Part shown: piece by piece, positions 33,019 to 41,458 of the stretch
Numbering within the stretch: the stretch's first letter is position 1
How the letters are laid out: the number at the start of each line of letters is the position of its first letter
Source of the DNA: an uncultured bacterium
Lineage (GTDB): Bacteria > Poribacteria > WGA-4E > PCPOR2b
Assembly: GCA_964577695.1 (NCBI GenBank)
Contig: CAZOAL010000014.1
Location: 49,250 to 113,249 of the forward strand
DNA: 64,000 nt
Direction: 5' to 3'
Translations under genes and position numbers: made by a program
Notes under the pieces: generated by a model
Databases searched by the model: none
What the model was told of the DNA's origin: nothing
The model's input: the letters and a program-made list of their open reading frames with translations, nothing else

Positions 33019-33100
33019 TACCTCCTGCCGCAGAATTTCGACATTGAATTTCCAGAACGCACCGGCCTCCGAAGCAGCGATCTGAACCAGTGGATTAGCA

Positions 33101-33250
33101 CTACAATGTCACGTTTCCTGTAGCCCAAGATTCTATCTTGGTTCCTGGCAATCATCCGTTTCATTTTCCAACTTAGGTTGTCTTTTAGAAACCTAAGACA
33201 ACGTTAAAGTTGGGCTACAAGCGTATCCTCATCCGAACGTGACATTGTAG
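33101..33250. mobile_element. MITE family A, variant copy, inserted in the caspase gene (TIR CTACAATGTCACGTT)
   Basis: Ends ctacaatgtcacgtt and aacgtgacattgtag. Flanked by ATTAGC on both sides (TSD). Removing the element plus one TSD restores ...NQWISQMKARKVVTILDSCHSGG. Confidence 0.65.
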
Positions 33251-33922
33251 AATTAGCCAGATGAAAGCCAGAAAGGTCGTAACAATCTTGGACTCGTGCC
33301 ACTCCGGCGGTATCGAAGTTCGACCGAAAGGGAAGGCGGGCGGGTCAAAGCTGACGCTCAACAAACAGTATCTGGAAGCGTTCAAGACATCTGCTGGCAA
33401 GGTCGTCCTCCACTCCCGCGACGCGGAGGAGAAGTCGTGGGAGATGCCTGACGGCAGTCAAGGGGTGTTCAGCAAGTACCTCGTCGATGGCTTGCGCGGC
33501 GCAGCCGATGCCCAAGGCGACAACGACGAGGTGATTACGATTCGTGAGGCTTACGATTACGCCTACAAACAAGTTATGACGTATATGAAGCAGGACGGTC
33601 GTGGTCAGCAAACGCCGGTTTGGAGTGGCAAGGAGAGCGGTAACATCCCTCTGACAATCAATCCACAACGCAAGGCGGAGCGCCAACTGGAAAAACAGAT
33701 TGACAGGGTTTACGCGCTTATCACGGATACCGTTGTAACAGAGCGCGCAATCTCCCTGCTCAAGAAGCGAGCGAATCAAGAAGCGCTCACGCAAAACGAG
33801 CAACGCCTGATTAACTACCTCGATAATCTCCTCGCCGGACAAATCACCCTTGAAACCTATCTCGGCGCAGACCAGCGATTCGGGCCGTGAACAGAAGTAA
33901 CTTTAAAAAATCAACTTTACCT

Positions 33923-33957
33923 CAGACTTCCGAAGTCTTGGAGACTTCGGAAGTCTG
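33923..33957 (+). terminator. AGACTTCCGAAGTCT-family double hairpin after the caspase remnant
   Basis: cagacttccgaagtcttggagacttcggaagtctg. Confidence 0.5.
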
Positions 33958-34007
33958 CGAAGCCCCCATATAAATTTTAAGCTATTGAACAAAGAAAGGA
34001 TAATATC

Positions 34008-34421
34008 ATGAGATACACAACGGAAATCAAATTGGTCAATCAAGAAGATGTAACTTTAGCTGAGAGAGGTGTTATCAAACTTGACGATGTCCGTCAGGTA
34101 GTCGTCAAAGAGGCGTTAGTTGACACAGGCACATCACGGCTGTCAGTCCCCAGATTTCTCATTCAACAGTTGGGGTTAAAACCTGTTGGCAAAGCCAAGT
34201 CAATGACCGCAAACGGAGTCGTAGAACGAACGATTTATTCGGTAGTAGACTTCACGGTCTTAGGGCGGACAGATTCTATGAGGGTGACAGATCTATCCGA
34301 TGATGCGCCTGTGCTGGTCGGACATCTGGTGATGGAACATCTGGATTTGTGTCTTGATGTGAAGCGAGGTCTGATTTACAACCCTGCGCACGGAAATGAA
34401 TGGATTGAGAAGCAGTTGTGA
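34008..34421 (+). CDS. Retropepsin-like (clan AA) aspartic protease, paralog C
   Basis: EALVDTGTSRLSVPR. 137 aa. Collinear with paralogs A and B. Confidence 0.7.
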   Translation: MRYTTEIKLVNQEDVTLAERGVIKLDDVRQVVVKEALVDTGTSRLSVPRFLIQQLGLKPVGKAKSMTANGVVERTIYSVVDFTVLGRTDSMRVTDLSDDAPVLVGHLVMEHLDLCLDVKRGLIYNPAHGNEWIEKQL

Positions 34422-34498
34422 AGGAAGAAGTATTGAATCTGAAAGGAAAAGTAAAACGTGGATAATACTGGAAAAATAAAAATAAAACGAGGTATACA

Positions 34499-37168
34499 AT
34501 GGCAAAAGGACCGCAACTTTCCCCGTTAATGGAACAATATAAACGCTTGAAAGCGCAAAATCCTGATGCCATCCTGCTCTGTCGCGTCGGAGATTTCTAC
34601 GAGTCTTACTACGAAGATGCGGAGCTCATCGCTCGCGTGTTGGAGATTGTGCTGACTGCCAGAGATAAGACGAGCGAGTGGGGGCCTGTCCCCATGGCGG
34701 GAATACCGTATCACGCCCTTGATTCGTATCTCTACAAGCTGGTGAAGGCGGGCTATAAAGTTGCGATTTCTGAACAGATGGAAGACCCGAAACAGGCGAA
34801 AGGGCTTGTCAAGCGCGATGTCATCCGAATCGTGACGCCCGGTACGCTGACGGATGCGAAAGTGCTGGATGGGAAGGCGAACAACTACCTTGTCGCAATC
34901 TATCTCCTCAACAGCAGGTATGGGTTAGCGTCCGTGGATCTTTCGACAGGGGAATTTGCCGTCACAGAGTTGGAGAATCTGCCGAATCTCTGGGGGGAGC
35001 TCCATCGACTCGGGCCGAAAGAGTGCCTCTTCTCCGAAGGGTTCGATGACCCGGAGATGTTGGAGCGCATCCGGGTCGAGCTGAAGGCGATGGTGAATTA
35101 CCTCCCCGACTGGCGTTTCGCGCTGGATACCGCGAGGACTGAACTCCTCGAACACTTCAAAACCCTCTCGCTCGACGGCTTTGGGTGCGAACACCTGCCT
35201 GCCGCGATTTGTGCGGCGGGGGCGTTGATCTACTATTTGCAGGAGACCCAAAAACAGGAGGTCGAGCATATCCTCTCCATGCACACCTACACGATCTCTG
35301 AGTTCATGGTCCTGGATGCCGACTCACAACGGAATTTGGAGTTGGCAACATCGATCCGCGATGGCTCATCGAAAGGTACGCTATTGGAGATTTTGGATGA
35401 AACGATAACGCCGATGGGGGGGCGTAAACTGCGCCAATGCCTCTTACAGCCACTCCTGCGTGTGGATGAAATCAACGCCCGGTTGAACGCGGTTGAAGAA
35501 TTGAAGGACCGGATTGGTTTGCAAGAAGAACTGCGTGAGTCGCTGAACAAGATGTACGACATGGAACGGTTGATTTCGAGAATCAGTTTAGGGTCGGCGA
35601 ACGCCCGCGATCTCCTCGCCCTCAAAGACTCCATCCGTTTGATTCCCGCAATTAAGGAGCAGTTGAAGGATTGCGAAACGTCGTTATTGCAAACCTTGAA
35701 TGAAACCCTTGACCCCCTGGCCGAGTTAGCCGACCGGATCGATGCCGCCATCCACCCGGAGCCACCGGTGACGGTACGAGAGGGTGGACTCATCCGCGAT
35801 GGCTATAGCGAGCCGTTGGATGAACTTCGCGCTATCACCAGTAAGGGGAAAAACTGGATTGCCGAACTTCAGCAGAGGGAACGAGAGAGAACGGGCATCA
35901 CCTCATTGAAGATCGGGTTCAATCAGGTCTTCGGCTACTACATCGAGGTCACTACACCAAACAGCCATCTTGTTCCCGATGATTATACCCGCAAGCAGAC
36001 GTTGACAAATGCCGAGCGATTTATTACGCAAGAACTCAAGGAACGGGAATCGCAGATTTTGAACGCTCAAGACCAGATCCAAACACTGGAATATGATCTG
36101 TTCTGTGAGATTCGCGCAAAGGTCGCTACGGAAACTGAACAGGTTCAGCGAGCGGCCTCGGTGATTGCCATGATTGACGTGATCGCTAACCTCGGTTATG
36201 TCGCTTCCAAATACGACTACGCGAAACCGATCATCGACGAGAGCGACGAGATTATCATCCGCAATGGGCGGCACCCTGTCGTTGAACGCCTGTTTACGCG
36301 AGAGGGGTTTGTCCCCAACGACACGGAGTTGAACTGCCGTGAGCAGCAGATGCACATTATTACCGGCCCGAATATGAGTGGCAAAAGCACGTATCTGCGT
36401 CAAACCGCGCTCATCACCCTGATGGCGCAGATGGGGGGCTTTGTTCCTGCATCCGCGGTGAAGGTCGGCATCGTGGATCGGATCTTCACCCGCGTCGGCG
36501 CGTCGGACAACCTTGTGATGGGGCAGAGCACCTTCCTCGTCGAGATGAACGAAACCGCCAATATCCTGAACAATGCCACGCGAAAGAGCCTGATTATTCT
36601 CGACGAGATCGGCCGCGGCACCAGCACATTCGATGGGTTGAGTATCGCGTGGGCGGTGGCGGAGTACATTCTGGACGAGAAGAGGATTGGGGCGAAGACC
36701 CTGTTCGCCACCCACTATCATGAACTCATCGAACTCGCTGGCAAGTATAAGCGGGTTCAAAATTACAACGTCGCTGTCCACGAAGATGGGGAAAAGATTA
36801 CCTTCCTGAGAAAGGTCGTGGAGGGGGGAACGGATCAGAGCTACGGCATTCACGTTGCACGCCTCGCGGGATTGCCGCAGATTGTGATTGACCGCGCCAA
36901 CCAAATTTTAGAGATTCTTGAGCAGCACAATTTGAGCGTTGAAGGAGAGACCGCCGCTCCACCGGATGCGAAGTTCCCTCCGAAAATCCCCCGTCCGCGT
37001 CGTCGAATTTCGAGGTCTACCTTTCAAGGAGATTCCCTACAACTGGCGCTGTTCACGCCGAAAACGCACCCCATTGTTGAGCAACTTCGTCATCTCGACC
37101 TCAACCAGATGACGCCCCTTGATGCGCTGAACGTTCTCTATCAGTTGAAAGCCAAAGCGGATGCGTGA
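34499..37168 (+). CDS. mutS: DNA mismatch repair protein MutS
   Basis: TPLMEQYKRLKAQNPDAILLCRVGDFYE at the N-terminus, Walker A GPNMSGKSTYLRQ, DEIGRGTSTFDG, and TLFATHYHEL. Confidence 0.95.
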   Translation: MAKGPQLSPLMEQYKRLKAQNPDAILLCRVGDFYESYYEDAELIARVLEIVLTARDKTSEWGPVPMAGIPYHALDSYLYKLVKAGYKVAISEQMEDPKQAKGLVKRDVIRIVTPGTLTDAKVLDGKANNYLVAIYLLNSRYGLASVDLSTGEFAVTELENLPNLWGELHRLGPKECLFSEGFDDPEMLERIRVELKAMVNYLPDWRFALDTARTELLEHFKTLSLDGFGCEHLPAAICAAGALIYYLQETQKQEVEHILSMHTYTISEFMVLDADSQRNLELATSIRDGSSKGTLLEILDETITPMGGRKLRQCLLQPLLRVDEINARLNAVEELKDRIGLQEELRESLNKMYDMERLISRISLGSANARDLLALKDSIRLIPAIKEQLKDCETSLLQTLNETLDPLAELADRIDAAIHPEPPVTVREGGLIRDGYSEPLDELRAITSKGKNWIAELQQRERERTGITSLKIGFNQVFGYYIEVTTPNSHLVPDDYTRKQTLTNAERFITQELKERESQILNAQDQIQTLEYDLFCEIRAKVATETEQVQRAASVIAMIDVIANLGYVASKYDYAKPIIDESDEIIIRNGRHPVVERLFTREGFVPNDTELNCREQQMHIITGPNMSGKSTYLRQTALITLMAQMGGFVPASAVKVGIVDRIFTRVGASDNLVMGQSTFLVEMNETANILNNATRKSLIILDEIGRGTSTFDGLSIAWAVAEYILDEKRIGAKTLFATHYHELIELAGKYKRVQNYNVAVHEDGEKITFLRKVVEGGTDQSYGIHVARLAGLPQIVIDRANQILEILEQHNLSVEGETAAPPDAKFPPKIPRPRRRISRSTFQGDSLQLALFTPKTHPIVEQLRHLDLNQMTPLDALNVLYQLKAKADA

Positions 37169-37311
37169 GGCGTGAAACGTGAAATGAAGGGAAGGAAAGG
37201 AAGAATGGAAGGATGGAAGGATGGGGGGAAAGCAATCTTCCATTCTTCCAATCTTCCAGCCTGCTAATTTCTCAACCCTCCAGTCTCTTCACGTTTCACG
37301 CATCACGCAAC
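37169..37311. repeat. Inverted short-tandem-repeat block filling the convergent mutS / isomerase spacer
   Basis: gcgtgaggcgtgaaacgtgaaatg + ggaaggaaaggaagaatggaaggatggaagg ... ccattcttccaatcttcc ... ttcacgtttcacgcatcacgc. The outer and inner arms are mutually complementary. Confidence 0.85.
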
Positions 37312-38175
37312 TTATCTGACGTACCGTGCGAGATGCTCCCGCGAACGACGGAGCCCGTCCGCCTGCGCGTCCCAATCCTTCCAGTAACGATAATCTTCCA
37401 GTTCTACGCTGACAATCCCATTGAAGCCTTCATCTTCGAGTCGCTGGACGACCTTGCACCAATCGACTACGCCATCTCCGGGGATGCAGTAACGCCACCA
37501 CTCCTCACCGAAACCGCGTGGACGGCGGAAACTCGGTCCCAAATTGCCGTGCAGATAGAGCGCTTCCTGGTCAAAGACGGTATCCTTACCGTGAACGTGC
37601 CGGACGTAAGGGGCAAACTCGTTGAGCGCACGCAGGTAGTCTACGCCAATTCGGACCAGATGCGACGGGTCGTAGTTCAAGCCGAGCCCTTTGGAGGGGC
37701 ACACGTCGAACATCGCTCGCCACATTTCAGGTGTGCAACCGAGTGAGGGATACGCGGGCCCAGGACCCGGCCAGCCTTCAACTGCAATGGAGACGCCTCT
37801 GGAGGCCGCGAATTCGGCAATCGGCGGGAAGGTCTCTTTCCACATGTCAAAGTTTTTCGCACGCCCCAGGCTCGCATCTTCTGGCACAAACACGCAGAAC
37901 ATAATATGGACATCAACATCGGCAGCCGCCTGGATTGCCACCTTTGCGGCTTCTGCTCCCGCGCGCTGCTTGGATGTATCGACGCTTAACAGGTCATGGA
38001 CGCCCGGCAGGTCTGCGCTGCCGATGACCAGTCCAGCATTCCTCGCCGTCTTCACAATGTCAGGCGTGACTTCACCGACATCGACAGCTTCAAAACCGTT
38101 GTCTGCGCACCAGCGGCAGAACGTCTCAAAGGGCATCTGCCGCCCTGCGCCAGGAATTCGTAAACCGATTTTCAT
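37312..38175 (-). CDS. Sugar phosphate isomerase/epimerase (xylose-isomerase-like TIM barrel)
   Basis: About 287 aa with the typical ...GFEAVDV..., ...VHGKD..., ...VSVELED... pattern. Confidence 0.8.
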   Translation of the reverse strand: MKIGLRIPGAGRQMPFETFCRWCADNGFEAVDVGEVTPDIVKTARNAGLVIGSADLPGVHDLLSVDTSKQRAGAEAAKVAIQAAADVDVHIMFCVFVPEDASLGRAKNFDMWKETFPPIAEFAASRGVSIAVEGWPGPGPAYPSLGCTPEMWRAMFDVCPSKGLGLNYDPSHLVRIGVDYLRALNEFAPYVRHVHGKDTVFDQEALYLHGNLGPSFRRPRGFGEEWWRYCIPGDGVVDWCKVVQRLEDEGFNGIVSVELEDYRYWKDWDAQADGLRRSREHLARYVR

Positions 38176-38201
38176 ACGTTGTGTTCTCCTTTGTTTGGTC
38201 C

Positions 38202-38298
38202 AGACTTCCGAAGTTTTAACACGCGAGCGAATCTAAAAGGATGCTAACCCTTGAGGGAACTGAAAAAGCACAGGTCTTGTACTAAACTTCGGAAGTCT
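38202..38298. repeat. Split AGACTTCCGAAGTTT / AAACTTCGGAAGTCT arms separated by a 67-nt insert
   Basis: agacttccgaagttt (38202-38216) and aaacttcggaagtct (38284-38298). Confidence 0.7.
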
Positions 38299-38314
38299 CA
38301 GCGAAAAACTCGTA

Positions 38315-38539
38315 TCATCCAAGATTTACTTCAGATGCCTGGCTTCGATCCGCGTGGAAGCCATATTGACAACTTCCGCATATAAACCAAACCCCACGTC
38401 CGTGACTGGTCAACGCAACATACATCTGCGACTTCAAACAACGTGGGCATTGGTAACCGATCTTGTGTCCGGTGTTTTCATACTCCGCAATGAGCGCAAT
38501 TTGTTGTTGAATCTGTTGTGTGTGTAAGGTGTTCGCCAT
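38315..38539 (-). CDS. Small double zinc-ribbon protein
   Basis: Two CxxC pairs (CPRC...CGSC). 74 aa. Its ATG overlaps the upstream stop as TAATG. Confidence 0.45.
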   Translation of the reverse strand: MANTLHTQQIQQQIALIAEYENTGHKIGYQCPRCLKSQMYVALTSHGRGVWFICGSCQYGFHADRSQASEVNLG

Positions 38540-38886
38540 TAATATTCAACTCCTTTCCAACACCTCTTAAAACTGTGCAACTCAGCCCAATCATCTTCGA
38601 CATGATAGGCTTCGCTCTCCAGTAATTGCATTTTCCCTGTATTGATCGCCCAGGTGAATGTGCTATTACGGTGTTGACGTACATGTGTTAATTCATGGAT
38701 GAGCGTCCGCACAAGCTGTTCTTCATTCACGAAAGCACTTCGGCCCAGATGTATACTGTTTTCTCCACTCATGCCATAATACCCATCTGGCAAACCAGGT
38801 TCGTAAAATATTTCGCACCCTTCGAGGTCTATCTTGTATTTTTGTACGACCTGCCAAACAGTATCCAGATTGAGGGTAAGTGACAT
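38539..38886 (-). CDS. Small HExxH zinc-metallopeptidase-like protein (DUF4157-like core)
   Basis: LVRTLIHELTHVRQH resembles the DUF4157 HELxHVxQ motif. The start is trimmed to MSLTLNLD. Confidence 0.5.
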   Translation of the reverse strand: MSLTLNLDTVWQVVQKYKIDLEGCEIFYEPGLPDGYYGMSGENSIHLGRSAFVNEEQLVRTLIHELTHVRQHRNSTFTWAINTGKMQLLESEAYHVEDDWAELHSFKRCWKGVEY

Positions 38887-39166
38887 AAAATCTTCCCCAT
38901 AAAAAATAGAATAGGAAAAGGGCCAGGGCAAACCTTAATATTTCACGCCCTTGCTCACCTGTAAGCAGAGGGGCTTATCGTCCCTGAATCGCCTCAATAA
39001 AATTCCGGGTGGATCCGATGAATCCCTCTCCATGTCTTCATGACAAAAAAGATGAACAATGACCAAATTCAGTCGTTCACAATGTGGAATGCAAGACTTG
39101 CCTTGCCAAAATGCCACGCAAAACAAGTTTTGCACTCCACAGCAGAAATGTGAGGTACTGAAATTT

Positions 39167-40018
39167 CTACCGAATATCCTTAATCGCTCCCCACGTTGTG
39201 GAGAGTTTGCCACGCGCATCGACGGCTAGGCCTTTTGGATCCCCTTTCAAAATCTCATCCGCCAGGGTATCCGCCTCTTTTTCCCCGCCGACACCGAAGG
39301 CAACCCAATAAACGATCGGATTGCTCACATCGCCCTTCTTCAATTGTTTACCGAGTGCATCATGGGCGAGTTGCATCCGACCGGCCCCGAGCCCGTTTGC
39401 CCAGGCGTTTTCAGCCGAAGCCGTGACGGCTGGATCTGTCGCATACAGTGCAGAAAACGCATCGCTGGTCCAGAAGGCATTGTGAGCAAAGGGGCCGCTG
39501 TTTCCTTTGCTGGCCCACATTTTCATGCCTTTGCTGGGGCCGCGGATTTCGTATTGAGGCTCGTGACCATCGGAGAAGGACACCACATCGTTTTTGGCTT
39601 TGACGGTCACTTCATGCTTGACAAGGGGAGAGCCGTCCCAGAATGTGGCAATGCAGGTGTATTCCTTTCGATCTCCATCGTCCGAGACGAATTTAACCTT
39701 TGCGATTCCACCTTTTTGTTCGACGATCGCGAAGTCGATGAGAGCCCCCCAATCTTTCCAACTGTTGTAGTTGGCAGAATGGTAAAACCGACGTCCTTCA
39801 CCATCTCCATTGATGATTTGAAGTTCATCTTTTCCCTTTTTGGCAAAGGCGGTCACGTATCCCATCTGCGCTGCGGTTTTCCAGTGGACTCTGTACATAT
39901 CCGTTTCAATCTTAATAACCGCATCACCTTTCTTCCCTGTCACTGTGACGGCAGGGCTAGAACCGATCCAAACCGCTAAGAGCAGAAAACCGAGTGCGAG
40001 AATGAATAACTTTCTCAT
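39167..40018 (-). CDS. Secreted hypothetical protein
   Basis: Signal peptide MRKLFILALGFLLLAVWIGSSPA. RBS AGGAGGAAC. Confidence 0.5.
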   Translation of the reverse strand: MRKLFILALGFLLLAVWIGSSPAVTVTGKKGDAVIKIETDMYRVHWKTAAQMGYVTAFAKKGKDELQIINGDGEGRRFYHSANYNSWKDWGALIDFAIVEQKGGIAKVKFVSDDGDRKEYTCIATFWDGSPLVKHEVTVKAKNDVVSFSDGHEPQYEIRGPSKGMKMWASKGNSGPFAHNAFWTSDAFSALYATDPAVTASAENAWANGLGAGRMQLAHDALGKQLKKGDVSNPIVYWVAFGVGGEKEADTLADEILKGDPKGLAVDARGKLSTTWGAIKDIR

Positions 40019-40037
40019 TATATGTTCCTCCTAATAG

Positions 40038-40152
40038 CTTGACTTTGTTAAATTCAAAACGGATGCCCCTGTAGCCTAAGATTCTATCTTGGCCCCGTAG
40101 CCCATGAACCAAGATAGAATCTTGGGCTACGGGTAAATCTAACAAAGTCAAG
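40038..40152. mobile_element. MITE family C (TIR CTTGACTTTGTTARATT) carrying two inverted GTAGCCyAAGATTCTATCTTGG modules
   Basis: cttgactttgttaaatt (40038-40054) against aatctaacaaagtcaag (40136-40152), with one mismatch. ATAG flanks both ends. Confidence 0.55.
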
Positions 40153-40179
40153 ATAGTATTGGCATTTTGAAACGTGCCA

Positions 40180-41154
40180 TTATTTTGGTGTTTTAGCACA
40201 TCGAAATCCAAATGACATGTTGGTCAGGTGTGGCATCAGCCGATTGCGGTAGGTGGTGCGGCTATATTCTGGGCCTATATCCATTGCGCCCCCACGCAGG
40301 ACCTTGTAAGTTCCCGTCGCAGGGCCCTTTGGATTCACCTTCGGGCTGATGGCATAATAATTTTCATCCTGCCAATCAGCGACCCATTCCAGCGCATTAC
40401 CCCCCATATCGCAAACGCCGTAAGGGCTGACATCCGTCGAGAAATGACCGACCGGAGAACTCCCCATAAATCCGTCAAGGTGTCCATCTTCGAGAGCGTC
40501 ATCACTGAAGTTGCCGTACTTCCAATCGAAGTGGTTTCCCCACGGATAGGCGCGTTCATCAGTTCCCCGAGCGGCTTTTTCCCATTCTGCCTCACTCGGC
40601 AGGCGTTTGCCAGCCCATTCGGCGTAGGCTTTTGCTTGATACCATGTCACACCGACAACAGGTTGATCCGGTTGATTCAGCATCGCGTCTGTCCAGAAAT
40701 CTGGCGGGGGTGTCCCCGTTTCCTCCATGAAGCGTTGATACTGCGCATTGGTCACCTCGTACTTATCGATATAAAACGCATCAAGGTAGACACGGTGCGC
40801 AGGGGATTCGCCAAGTTCAGGTGGCATATCGTTTCTTCCCATCACAAACTCGCCGGCAGGAATCAAAACCATCGTGGATTGATCGGCGGCATGGACAATT
40901 TCACGGGTGGGAATCTCAGCGTTGTTGGCAGGAGTGAGGATGATAGAGGTGTCCATGTCTGGCTCATCCGTCTCGCTACACCCCCAAAATGCTCCGAAAA
41001 GCACTAAAATGAGAAGGCAGGCGCTCCATAAATCTCCTGAATGACGACGGTTGAGGCATCTTGATTTGCGATTGAGAATTCCGTTTGCCATCTGAATCTT
41101 CTCCATTGAGTGGCAAGAAACCGAGTTTTTCGGAAAAAACTCGGTTTCGTCCAA
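40180..41154 (-). CDS. FGE/SUMF1-family lipoprotein (second copy); the start is more likely 41091-41106
   Basis: GVTWYQAKAYAEWAGKRLPSEAEWEKAARG, NALEWV, KVLRGGAM, GFRC. The N-terminus of the longest ORF spans a hairpin element. Confidence 0.85.
   Translation of the reverse strand: MDETEFFPKNSVSCHSMEKIQMANGILNRKSRCLNRRHSGDLWSACLLILVLFGAFWGCSETDEPDMDTSIILTPANNAEIPTREIVHAADQSTMVLIPAGEFVMGRNDMPPELGESPAHRVYLDAFYIDKYEVTNAQYQRFMEETGTPPPDFWTDAMLNQPDQPVVGVTWYQAKAYAEWAGKRLPSEAEWEKAARGTDERAYPWGNHFDWKYGNFSDDALEDGHLDGFMGSSPVGHFSTDVSPYGVCDMGGNALEWVADWQDENYYAISPKVNPKGPATGTYKVLRGGAMDIGPEYSRTTYRNRLMPHLTNMSFGFRCAKTPK
41117..41148. repeat. GAAACCGAGTTTTT-family perfect hairpin
   Basis: gaaaccgagttttt cgg aaaaaactcggtttc. 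Confidence 0.85.
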
Positions 41155-41175
41155 TGGAACAGTACGCTAAAATGC

Positions 41176-41204
41176 TTGACAATCTTTCTCCAGATCGTTT
41201 ATAT
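41176..41204 (+). promoter_or_regulatory. Sigma70-type promoter: TTGACA, 17 nt, TTATAT
   Basis: It forms one arm of the palindrome AAATGCTTGACA...TGTCAAGCATTT. It faces the TPP-enzyme gene. Confidence 0.45.
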
Positions 41205-41232
41205 TGTATGCTAATTCAATATAATGTGTCAA
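41203..41232 (-). promoter_or_regulatory. Sigma70-type promoter: TTGACA, 18 nt, TACAAT (minus strand)
   Basis: It forms the other arm of the same palindrome. It faces the FGE gene. Confidence 0.4.
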
Positions 41233-41353
41233 GCATTTTGTTATAGTATTTTGGGGCGTGGTCGTAAAGCTCATCCCGAGCTTGGTTCGGGGCTATTGAA
41301 GATTGCCAATTTTCAATCTTCAATCTTCTAATAATCAGTACGCCGTGATGCTC

Positions 41354-41404
41354 CCGTTGGATTGCCACATCCAACGGCTTAATCGGGATTTGGCAATCCC
41401 GATT
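41354..41404. repeat. Two hairpins of the GGATT-TGSC-AATCC family in the 5' leader of the TPP-enzyme gene
   Basis: ccgttggattgccacatccaacgg and aatcgggatttggcaatcccgatt. Confidence 0.7.
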
Positions 41405-41458
41405 GAGCGTGTTTGCGGACTACTAATAATCAATCAAATAAGTACAAGGAGATCTATT

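Larger units (their letters stand above)
32686..33890 (+). pseudogene. Caspase-family (peptidase C14) gene, disrupted by an in-frame TAG and two MITE insertions; the N-terminus is missing
   Basis: My own translation gives ...AIDAVLRDA*WGGFEHVTTLVSNVTPDE...DLVVLYFSGHGWQSGDEAY[MITE]LLPQNFDIEFPERTGLRSSDLNQWIS[MITE]QMKARKVVTILDSCHSGG.... The catalytic His (SGHG) and Cys (DSCHSGG) contexts are both present. The listed ORF 33261..33890 is only the C-terminal piece. Confidence 0.7.

Noticed and set aside
35903-36904. 333-aa minus-strand ORF
   Set aside because: It is antisense to mutS, has no motifs, and is a shadow ORF. The same applies to 35287..35793 and 34925..35284.
40228-41007. 259-aa plus-strand ORF (and 39344..39979, 29182..29769, 10108..10632, 16758..17276)
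   Set aside because: All are antisense shadows of genes with clear family motifs (FGE, secreted protein, Gfo, FGE, PD-(D/E)XK).
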